A stretch of 64,000 nucleotides of DNA from an uncultured Ruminococcus sp. (GTDB lineage: Bacteria > Bacillota > Clostridia > UBA1212), in assembly GCA_902792515.1 (NCBI GenBank), contig CADAZX010000001.1, forward strand, positions 4,177 through 68,176, in the 5' to 3' direction. This document shows, in pieces, positions 57,148-64,000 of this stretch. A model generated the notes under the pieces. The model was not told the DNA's origin. It searched no databases and was given only the letters and a program-made list of their open reading frames with translations. The number at the start of each line of letters is the position of its first letter. Position 1 is the stretch's first letter. The position numbers and the translations under genes were made by a program.

Positions 57148-57411
57148 TTACTTCGCCTTCTCGATGATTTCGACCAGTCTCCAGCGCTTGTCCTTGCTGA
57201 GAGGCCTGGTTTCCATAACCAGAACGGTATCACCGATGCCTGCTTCGTTCTTCTCGTCATGAGCCTTAAGCTTATAGGTGGTCTTGACGATCTTCTTATA
57301 AAGAGGATGCTTTACGCTGTCGACTACCGCAACTACGATTGTCTTATCCATCTTGTCGCTTACTACCTTGCCGACGCGTGTCTTTCTCAAATTTCTGTCT
57401 GACAAAATCAT
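57148..57411 (-). CDS. rpsQ: 30S ribosomal protein S17
   Basis: ..[21 protein letters not shown].. Confidence 0.95.
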   Translation of the reverse strand: MILSDRNLRKTRVGKVVSDKMDKTIVVAVVDSVKHPLYKKIVKTTYKLKAHDEKNEAGIGDTVLVMETRPLSKDKRWRLVEIIEKAK

Positions 57412-57423
57412 CTACCTCCTTCA

Positions 57424-57636
57424 TTAAGCCTTTGTACTCTTGGCGGAAATAGCCGTCTTCACTCTCGCGATGTCGCGCTTGATAAGTCTGAGCTGAAGCG
57501 GGTTGTCCATGTAAGTTGTTGCCTGCTGGAAGCGGAGCTTGAAGAGCTGAGTCTTAAGGCTCTCTTCCTCTGCCTTGAGTTCCTCGAGGGACATTCCGGC
57601 CAGTTTCTCGTTATATTCTTTCGCCTTCATGATCAT
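57424..57636 (-). CDS. rpmC: 50S ribosomal protein L29
   Basis: ..[45 protein letters not shown].. Confidence 0.9.
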   Translation of the reverse strand: MIMKAKEYNEKLAGMSLEELKAEEESLKTQLFKLRFQQATTYMDNPLQLRLIKRDIARVKTAISAKSTKA

Positions 57637-58064
57637 ACCTCACTTTCAGCCGCTTCGGTCTCGCGTGCGATGAACTTGCACTTGATCGGAAGCTTGTACG
57701 ACGCCAGTCTGAGAGCCTCGCGGGCGGTCGCTTCGTCAACACCGGCTATCTCGAAGATAACCCTGTCCGGCTTGACAACCGCTACCCAGTACTCGGGAGA
57801 TCCCTTACCGGAACCCATTCGGGTCTCGGCCGGTTTCTTTGTGATCGGCTTGTCGGGGAAAATCTTGATCCAGACCTTACCGCCTCTCTTGATGAAACGG
57901 TTGATCGCGATACGCGCGGCCTCGATCTGATTTCCTGTGATCCATCCGCATTCGACAGCCTGAAGTCCGTACTCGCCGTAGGAAACTTTATTTCCGCGGT
58001 AGGCTCTTCCGGTCATTCTGCCTCTCTGCTGTTTTCTGTGTTTAACTCTCTTCGGAAGTAACAT
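57633..58064 (-). CDS. rplP: 50S ribosomal protein L16
   Basis: [32 protein letters not shown].. Confidence 0.95.
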   Translation of the reverse strand: MLLPKRVKHRKQQRGRMTGRAYRGNKVSYGEYGLQAVECGWITGNQIEAARIAINRFIKRGGKVWIKIFPDKPITKKPAETRMGSGKGSPEYWVAVVKPDRVIFEIAGVDEATAREALRLASYKLPIKCKFIARETEAAESEV

Positions 58065-58723
58065 TAGTTAGCGCCTCCTTCTGTTTTCTTCGGAGCGGGA
58101 AGAACCTCGCCCTTGTAGATCCAGACCTTGACACCGATTCTGCCGTAGGTCGTTTTGGCCTCGGCAAAGCCGTAGTCGATGTCGGCTCTGAGTGTCTGCA
58201 GCGGGATGGTGCCCTCGTGGTAGTGCTCGGTGCGTGCGATTTCCGCGCCGCCGAGACGTCCGGAGCAGGCGGTCTTGATGCCCAGAGCGCCGGATTTCAT
58301 TGCTCTGCTCATGACCTGCTTCATGGCTCTTCTGAAGGCAACGCGCTTCTCGAGCTGGAGTGCAATGTCCTCCGCGCAAAGCTGCGCGCTGAGATCTCTC
58401 TGCTTGACTTCGAAAACGTTAACCACGATGTCGCGTCCGGTGAGTTTCTTGAGCTCGTCAACGAGGATCGCCTTGTTGGCGCCCTTCTGGCCGATGACCA
58501 TACCGGGTTTCGCAACGTCGATGTTGACGGTAAGCTTGTTGTTCTGCCTCTCAAGTCTGATTCTGGAGACGCCGGCGTCATAGTACTTCGTCTTGACGAA
58601 CTTTCTTACCTTATTGTCCTCTACGAGGAATGTGGAATATTCTTTCTTGTTGGCATACCACTTGGAATCCCAGTCTTTGATGATGCCGACTCTAAGTCCG
58701 TGAGGATTAACTTTCTGTCCCAT
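58064..58723 (-). CDS. rpsC: 30S ribosomal protein S3
   Basis: [24 protein letters not shown].. Confidence 0.95.
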   Translation of the reverse strand: MGQKVNPHGLRVGIIKDWDSKWYANKKEYSTFLVEDNKVRKFVKTKYYDAGVSRIRLERQNNKLTVNIDVAKPGMVIGQKGANKAILVDELKKLTGRDIVVNVFEVKQRDLSAQLCAEDIALQLEKRVAFRRAMKQVMSRAMKSGALGIKTACSGRLGGAEIARTEHYHEGTIPLQTLRADIDYGFAEAKTTYGRIGVKVWIYKGEVLPAPKKTEGGAN

Positions 58724-58725
58724 AA

Positions 58726-59214
58726 TTATGCCTCCTCTTCACTCTTCTCTTTGACAACTACGGTAATGTGGCTCGTTCTCTTGTTGATCCTGTTGCCGCG
58801 GCCGCGGGAAACGGGCTGCATTCTCTTGAGGATCGAACCGGAGTTCGCGAACGCGTCTGCGACGTAAAGTCTCTCGGGGTTGAGTCCGAAGTTGTTGACG
58901 GCGTTGGCTTCCGCGGATCTGAGCAGTTTGTAGATGATCTCGGAAGCGGCCTTCGGAGTGTAACGGACGATAGCGTAGGCTTCGTCAATCGGCTTGCCCT
59001 TGATGAGGTCGAGAACGATCTTGACCTTCCTGGGGGCTACGCCTGCGAATCTGAGAGTGGCCTTGCCCTGGTCTCTTCCGATACCGAGCAGCTTGCGCTC
59101 TCTCTTGGTGAGCACGAAGGGCTTGCGGCTCTTCGGGGTCTGTGTCGAGTACATCTCGATGAGCTCGTCGCGCTTTGCGAGAAGCTCTTCTTCAGTGAAT
59201 TTCTTTCTTCCCAC
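58726..59214 (-). CDS. rplV: 50S ribosomal protein L22 (ORF has ~45-aa N-terminal extension; true start uncertain)
   Basis: Core ..[54 protein letters not shown]... Confidence 0.85.
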   Translation of the reverse strand: MGRKKFTEEELLAKRDELIEMYSTQTPKSRKPFVLTKRERKLLGIGRDQGKATLRFAGVAPRKVKIVLDLIKGKPIDEAYAIVRYTPKAASEIIYKLLRSAEANAVNNFGLNPERLYVADAFANSGSILKRMQPVSRGRGNRINKRTSHITVVVKEKSEEEA

Positions 59215-59232
59215 GAAAATTGCCTCCCTTCA

Positions 59233-59517
59233 TTACTTCTTCACGCCGCTGGACTTTTCGCTCTTGGCGTGTCCGCGGAACGTCCTGGTGAGAGCGAACT
59301 CACCGAGCTTGTGACCGACCATTTCCTCGTTAATGTAAACCGGAACGTGCTTTCTTCCGTCGTGAACGGCGATCGTGTGTCCAACCATCTGAGGGAAAAT
59401 CGTGGAAGCTCTGGACCATGTTTTGATAACAACCTTTTCGTTCTTCTCGTTCATTGCCTCGATCCTGGCGAGCAGCTTCTTGTCAACGAACGGTCCTTTT
59501 TTCAATGATCTACTCAT
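59233..59517 (-). CDS. rpsS: 30S ribosomal protein S19
   Basis: [16 protein letters not shown]...[35 protein letters not shown]. Confidence 0.95.
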   Translation of the reverse strand: MSRSLKKGPFVDKKLLARIEAMNEKNEKVVIKTWSRASTIFPQMVGHTIAVHDGRKHVPVYINEEMVGHKLGEFALTRTFRGHAKSEKSSGVKK

Positions 59518-59534
59518 GATTTGTCCTCCATAGA

Positions 59535-60368
59535 TTACTTAGCGTTTCTTCTTCTCACAATGTACTTGTTGGAAGCCTTGTTCTTCTTACGGGTCTTGTA
59601 ACCGAGAGCGGGCTTACCCCAAGGAGTGACAGGGCTGGGCATACCGACAGGCGATTTGCCTTCGCCGCCGCCGTGCGGGTGATCGCAGGGGTTCATAACG
59701 ACGCCGCGGACCGTAGGTCTTACACCCATCCATCTCTTGCGGCCGGCTTTACCAAGCTTGATGTTCTCGTGCTCGGAGTTGCCGACGGTGCCGATCGTAG
59801 CCTTGCAGTTGAGCGGGATCATTCTGACTTCGCCGGAGCCGAGTCTCAGCTGGGCAAAGCCGTTCTCCTTGGCCATGAGCTGCGCGTAGACGCCTGCGGA
59901 TCTCGCAAGCTGGCCGCCCTTGCCGGGTTTCATCTCAACGTTGTGAACGAGGGTACCGAGCGGGATGTTCTCAAGCGGAAGCGCGTTGCCGGGTTTGATG
60001 TCGGCCTGCGCGCCGGAGAAGACCGTGTCGCCCACCTTCAGGCCTTCCGGCTGAAGAATGTAGGTCTTGGTGCCGTCCAGGTAAGCGAGAAGAGCGATGT
60101 TTGCGCTTCTGTTCGGATCGTACTCGATCGCGATAACGTTCGCGGGCATTCCGTCCTTGTTGCGCTTGAAGTCGATGATTCTGTACTTCCTCTTGGCGCC
60201 GCCGCCGTGATGCCTGACGGTGATCTTGCCGTAAGAGTTGCGGCCGGCATGCTTCTTAACGGGGGCGAGCAGGGACTTGACGCTGCTCTTTCCGGTGATT
60301 TCGGAAAAATCGGAAACGGTCATTCCTCTTCTGCCCGGAGTTGTAGGATTGTATTTTTTAATACCCAT
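59535..60368 (-). CDS. rplB: 50S ribosomal protein L2
   Basis: ..[25 protein letters not shown].. ..[13 protein letters not shown].. Confidence 0.95.
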   Translation of the reverse strand: MGIKKYNPTTPGRRGMTVSDFSEITGKSSVKSLLAPVKKHAGRNSYGKITVRHHGGGAKRKYRIIDFKRNKDGMPANVIAIEYDPNRSANIALLAYLDGTKTYILQPEGLKVGDTVFSGAQADIKPGNALPLENIPLGTLVHNVEMKPGKGGQLARSAGVYAQLMAKENGFAQLRLGSGEVRMIPLNCKATIGTVGNSEHENIKLGKAGRKRWMGVRPTVRGVVMNPCDHPHGGGEGKSPVGMPSPVTPWGKPALGYKTRKKNKASNKYIVRRRNAK

Positions 60369-60386
60369 TATTCATTCCCTCCTGCA

Positions 60387-60746
60387 TTATTGCACGCCGA
60401 ACTCTTCGATGGAGTTCTTGAGTTTCTTGTCTGTCTTGACGGCCTTTCCGCCCTTGCCCATGTAGGTGACGTCCGCGGGGTCTCTGTCGATCGTGACGAT
60501 TGCTTTCTTGTAGCTCGCGGTGTATCCCACAACGGCGCCGGAGTTCTGTCTGCGGGTCTTCTTCTTGCCGTCGTAACGGATCGTGTTGACGGAGAGGACT
60601 TTCACGCTGAAAAGGTTCTCGACAGCCTTTTTAATATCGATTTTCGTGGCTTTCTCGGCAACGATGAACGTGTACTTGCCTTCAGCCGCTTCCGCGCTGG
60701 TCTTTTCAGTAACGTGCGGACGGATTATAACTTCATAGTCTTTCAT
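60387..60746 (-). CDS. rplW: 50S ribosomal protein L23 (C-terminally extended)
   Basis: [17 protein letters not shown]...[31 protein letters not shown].. Confidence 0.9.
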   Translation of the reverse strand: MKDYEVIIRPHVTEKTSAEAAEGKYTFIVAEKATKIDIKKAVENLFSVKVLSVNTIRYDGKKKTRRQNSGAVVGYTASYKKAIVTIDRDPADVTYMGKGGKAVKTDKKLKNSIEEFGVQ

Positions 60747-61366
60747 GCGTACACCTCCGATAATTTACCGAGCGCGTCCCTGGTGAGGACGAGTTTCTCG
60801 TGGCGCAGAATGTCGTAAACGTTGATCGTTCCGACGAACGTAGCGTCGACGCCGGGAATGTTTCTCGCCGATTTGACAACGGTGAGGTCGGGATCCGCGG
60901 TTACGAGAAGCGCGCTTGTGTCAAGCTTGAGCGCCTTGCAGAGCGAGACGATCTTCTTGGTCTTGATTTCGTCCAGTTCGAGCTTGTCGAGAACGACGAT
61001 CGACTCTTCGGCCGCTCTGGAAGAGAGCACGGAAAGCATCGCGAGGCGTCTGACTTTCTTGTTGACCGTGAATCTGTAGCTTCTCGGCTTCGGCGCGAAA
61101 ATGATTCCGCCGTGGATCCACTGCGCGGATCTGATCGAACCCTGACGTGCGCGGCCGGTGCCCTTCTGTCTGTAGGGCTTCTTGCCGCCGCCGCTGACTT
61201 CGCTCTTCGTCTTCGCGGACTGGGTGCCCTGGCGTCTGTTGGCCAGAGTGTTGACTACGACTGTGTGAACGGCGGCAGTGTTAGGCTCGATGCCGAAAAC
61301 GTTCTCGTCGAGGGTGATTTCTTCGATGAACTCACCGGACATGTTGTAAACTTTAGCAGTTGCCAT
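60743..61366 (-). CDS. rplD: 50S ribosomal protein L4
   Basis: ..[36 protein letters not shown].. Confidence 0.95.
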   Translation of the reverse strand: MATAKVYNMSGEFIEEITLDENVFGIEPNTAAVHTVVVNTLANRRQGTQSAKTKSEVSGGGKKPYRQKGTGRARQGSIRSAQWIHGGIIFAPKPRSYRFTVNKKVRRLAMLSVLSSRAAEESIVVLDKLELDEIKTKKIVSLCKALKLDTSALLVTADPDLTVVKSARNIPGVDATFVGTINVYDILRHEKLVLTRDALGKLSEVYA

Positions 61367-61381
61367 GATTTCTACCTCCTA

Positions 61382-62014
61382 TCAAGCCTTAACGGAATCC
61401 GTTATCTCAAGAAGACTGCCCTTGGGTCCGGGAACAGCGCCCTTGATGAGGAGGAGATTTCTCTCGGCGTCAACCTTAACGACCGTAAGGTTCTGCACAG
61501 TTACTCTCTCGCTGCCCATATGTCCGGGCATATTCTTGCCGGGCAGAACGCGTCCGGGGTCGGAGTTGGGGCCCATGGAACCGACGCCGCGGTGATATTT
61601 CGAACCGTGGCTCTTGGGGCCTATCTTCTGACCGTGGCGCTTGATCGCGCCCGCGAAGCCCTTGCCTTTTGAGGTACCGCTTACGTCCACCGCGTCTCCG
61701 TCCGAGAAAACGCTGACGTTGATATCGCTGCCGACTTCGTAGCCGTCGATGCTCTCGGGCTTGAACTCGCAGAGATACTTATAGCCGTGTTCAAGGCTGA
61801 TCTTTTTGAAAACGCCTGCCTCGGGCTTGTTGAGCTTCTTAAGATCGCGCTCTTCAAAACCGATTTTGACAGCGTTGTAGCCGTCAGACTCGACAGTCTT
61901 CTTCTGGATGACCTTGCAGGGGCCCGCGAGAACAACCGTTACCGGCGTGCAGGTTCCGTCGTCCGAGAAGATCTGAGTCATACCGACTTTTGTTCCCAAA
62001 ACAAATTTCTCCAT
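61382..62014 (-). CDS. rplC: 50S ribosomal protein L3
   Basis: AGGAGG RBS then ATG. MEKFVLGTKVGMTQIFSDDG.. ..GKGFAGAIKRHG.. Confidence 0.95.
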   Translation of the reverse strand: MEKFVLGTKVGMTQIFSDDGTCTPVTVVLAGPCKVIQKKTVESDGYNAVKIGFEERDLKKLNKPEAGVFKKISLEHGYKYLCEFKPESIDGYEVGSDINVSVFSDGDAVDVSGTSKGKGFAGAIKRHGQKIGPKSHGSKYHRGVGSMGPNSDPGRVLPGKNMPGHMGSERVTVQNLTVVKVDAERNLLLIKGAVPGPKGSLLEITDSVKA

Positions 62015-62151
62015 TATATTACCTCCTGTGGTTATTGGTTCGGCCGCGTGCCGAACATGACCTGCCGTCCCTTTGGGGACCGGCAAATGCCGCCTTCAGC
62101 TGAACTTGGGAATTTCAACCTCGGGCATTAAATGCTGTTAAGCCCCGTGAA

Positions 62152-62466
62152 TCAGTGCTTAACGCTCATCTCGATCTCAATGCCCGCGGGAATGTCGAGC
62201 TTCATAAGAGCGTCGACAGTCGCCTTCGAAGGCATGATAACGTCGATAAGTCTTTTGTGAGTCCTAAGTTCGAACTGCTCTCTGGCGTCCTTGTACTTGT
62301 GAACGGCACGGAGGATCGTCACTATCTCTTTCTCGGTCGGAAGCGGAATGGGTCCGGAAACCTGTGAGCCGGTTCTGCGGGCGGTATCCACGATCTTCTG
62401 AGCAGACTGGTCGAGCAGCTGGAAATCGTACGATTTTAACTTAATTCTCAATTTCTGTTTAGCCAT
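62152..62466 (-). CDS. rpsJ: 30S ribosomal protein S10
   Basis: ..[40 protein letters not shown].. Confidence 0.95.
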   Translation of the reverse strand: MAKQKLRIKLKSYDFQLLDQSAQKIVDTARRTGSQVSGPIPLPTEKEIVTILRAVHKYKDAREQFELRTHKRLIDVIMPSKATVDALMKLDIPAGIEIEMSVKH

Positions 62467-63106
62467 TTTTAAATCTCCTTACATGATGACATTCTTTGGC
62501 AACCTTGACACTTGTACACGCTACCGTGCGTTTAACTCTTGCCGCATAAAAAATCCAAATTGAATTATCTACCTCATGGAAGATTTCAACCTGGTTTTAC
62601 TGCATGAACAAAACTCATTTCGCTAATACAGTGACACGCCGCCCGGTTTCTCTGAACCGGACATTCTCCGTCTGAGTTACCTGCAAAACGACTTTCTTCC
62701 GCCGCCTCCGCACCGTTTATTGATCGGATAAAAGCGCTTTGGCGATGTCTGATTATCGATGCAGCAATCTCAAACTTCCTCGTCTGTCAGGCCACACGCC
62801 GACCATTGTAACACATTCGGATTTGCTTTGCAAGCGGTTTTTTAAACTTTTTCAGCCTTTTTCAATATGTTTTTTTCTCAAATGCCGTCCGGCCCCCGTT
62901 TTTTCAGACCGTTTCCCAGGCTTTTGGACGTGCCGCGGAAAAGCGTTAACGCCGCAGGCCGCCGGCGGCGCAAGATACATCCGCGCAAAAACGGGAAACC
63001 GCCGGCGCCCGCTTGAAGGCCTTTGGTTTCCCGTTCCGTTTATGAGTTATTATTTATGACAGGTTTTCAGCCTGCCGCATCCTTAGGCAGCCTGCCACAA
63101 CCCGGG

Positions 63107-63937
63107 TCAGCCTGCCGCCTCCGCCGGCGCCTCTCCGGAAGCGCGGGCACGTCTCTTTTTTACAATCAGAACGACCGCAACCGCCGCTGCCGCCACAATT
63201 GCCACGCCTCCCGCAACGAAGTACGGCCACACCACCGGCGCTTTGAAAGCCTCCGGAAAATGCGTCTTAAAGCTGTCGATTTTCACCCCGAGATAGGCCT
63301 CAATGTCGGAGGCGTCTCCCGTCGCGGGATGGAATTCGACAGCCGCCGTTTCAACGTCCGACGACGAAGAGCCGCCGCTCTCAATTTCACCCGCCTGGAT
63401 CTTTCTCTCACGTTCGAGGTATTCTTTCACTTCTCGGGCGGCGCGTTCAAGGTCCTCACCGACGCGCAGTATCCTGGTGCCGTGCGTAACGTCGGTGTCC
63501 CCAACCCAGGAAAAGAACCGGTAAAACAGCTCGTCTGTTCCGTCATTAACGTAAAAACAGTATCCGACGCTCTCCACATACACCAATCTCACATACTTCG
63601 CATCTACAACCTCATCTCTTCCCATCTGAACTCTCATATCTTCCGCAAAATCCGCATAGTTAAAGGAGACCGAGACGGAATCCGGATAATGTGTTTCTAA
63701 TCCGATATTATATGCAGTTAAAGACTCGTTCATCTTCCCATGCTTCACTTCGATAAATGAAACTGCGCTTTTCACGATAACATCCTCAGAAGGTATATCA
63801 TCAACATATGAAACCGCTACTGTCTCACGCGGAACTGTCAAATTATGAAGCGTCACCGCATAAACAAAAGAGTCCGAAGATTCTCCGGTTTTGGACAGTT
63901 CAATCTTATCTCCGTTCCGGAACCCTTTGTCTCTCAT
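63107..63937 (-). CDS. Hypothetical protein with C-terminal transmembrane anchor (N-terminus may extend past the ORF start toward the window edge)
   Basis: 276-aa ORF upstream of the S10 operon. C-terminal helix VVWPYFVAGGVAIVAAAAVAVVLIV followed by KKRRAR. No recognisable catalytic motif. Confidence 0.4.
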   Translation of the reverse strand: MRDKGFRNGDKIELSKTGESSDSFVYAVTLHNLTVPRETVAVSYVDDIPSEDVIVKSAVSFIEVKHGKMNESLTAYNIGLETHYPDSVSVSFNYADFAEDMRVQMGRDEVVDAKYVRLVYVESVGYCFYVNDGTDELFYRFFSWVGDTDVTHGTRILRVGEDLERAAREVKEYLERERKIQAGEIESGGSSSSDVETAAVEFHPATGDASDIEAYLGVKIDSFKTHFPEAFKAPVVWPYFVAGGVAIVAAAAVAVVLIVKKRRARASGEAPAEAAG

Positions 63938-64000
63938 ACTGTCATATATGGATATGTAGTATATCGGGGTAACCGATCCGGAAACTACGCAGGCTCTTTC

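Noticed and set aside
62467-63106. Possible ncRNA or leader upstream of rpsJ
   Set aside because: It is the expected S10-operon leader/promoter region. I could not identify a defined conserved structure or tRNA/rRNA-like sequence by eye.

Overview
This window looks like a high-GC Firmicutes/Clostridia-type chromosome, judged from gene order and Shine-Dalgarno usage. Long antisense ORFs without stops are frequent, which is the usual high-GC artefact.

The right third (46.2-62.5 kb, minus strand) is the canonical S10-spc-alpha ribosomal cluster. It runs rpsJ-rplC-rplD-rplW-rplB-rpsS-rplV-rpsC-rplP-rpmC-rpsQ-rplN-rplX-rplE-rpsZ-rpsH-rplF-rplR-rpsE-rpmD-rplO-secY-adk-map-infA-rpmJ-rpsM-rpsK-rpsD-rpoA-rplQ. 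Two unusual non-coding insertions interrupt it, at secY-adk and at rpsH-rplF.

The left two thirds are accessory. They contain two paralogous giant secreted beta-helix-like proteins, one carrying about 17 near-identical Listeria-Bacteroides-type repeats. These are bracketed by two Lgt-family paralogs. Between them sits a HigB toxin plus a HigA-ImmA/IrrE fusion antitoxin behind a perfect consensus promoter with palindromic operators.

A glycoside-hydrolase cluster follows (GH78 lipoprotein rhamnosidase, GH43, GH2, GH42-like, ASCH). After it comes a beta-carbonic anhydrase and then an ADP-ribosylation reversal pair. That pair is a DraG-like ARH and a macrodomain-HTH fusion, separated by three 155-bp tandem repeats. 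Next is a lone tRNA-CAU with a consensus promoter, then an ABC-F ATPase and a GH63-like hydrolase. An ArsR-HMA-P1B-ATPase metal efflux operon follows. After it come two glycosyltransferases, a SAM methyltransferase, rsuA, and an rsmF-like methyltransferase with a low-complexity insertion. Two paralogous membrane zinc-ribbon proteins flank a flavin reductase.

A palindromic TTTCCCGGAAA-type motif and several tandem-repeat arrays recur through the non-ribosomal part.
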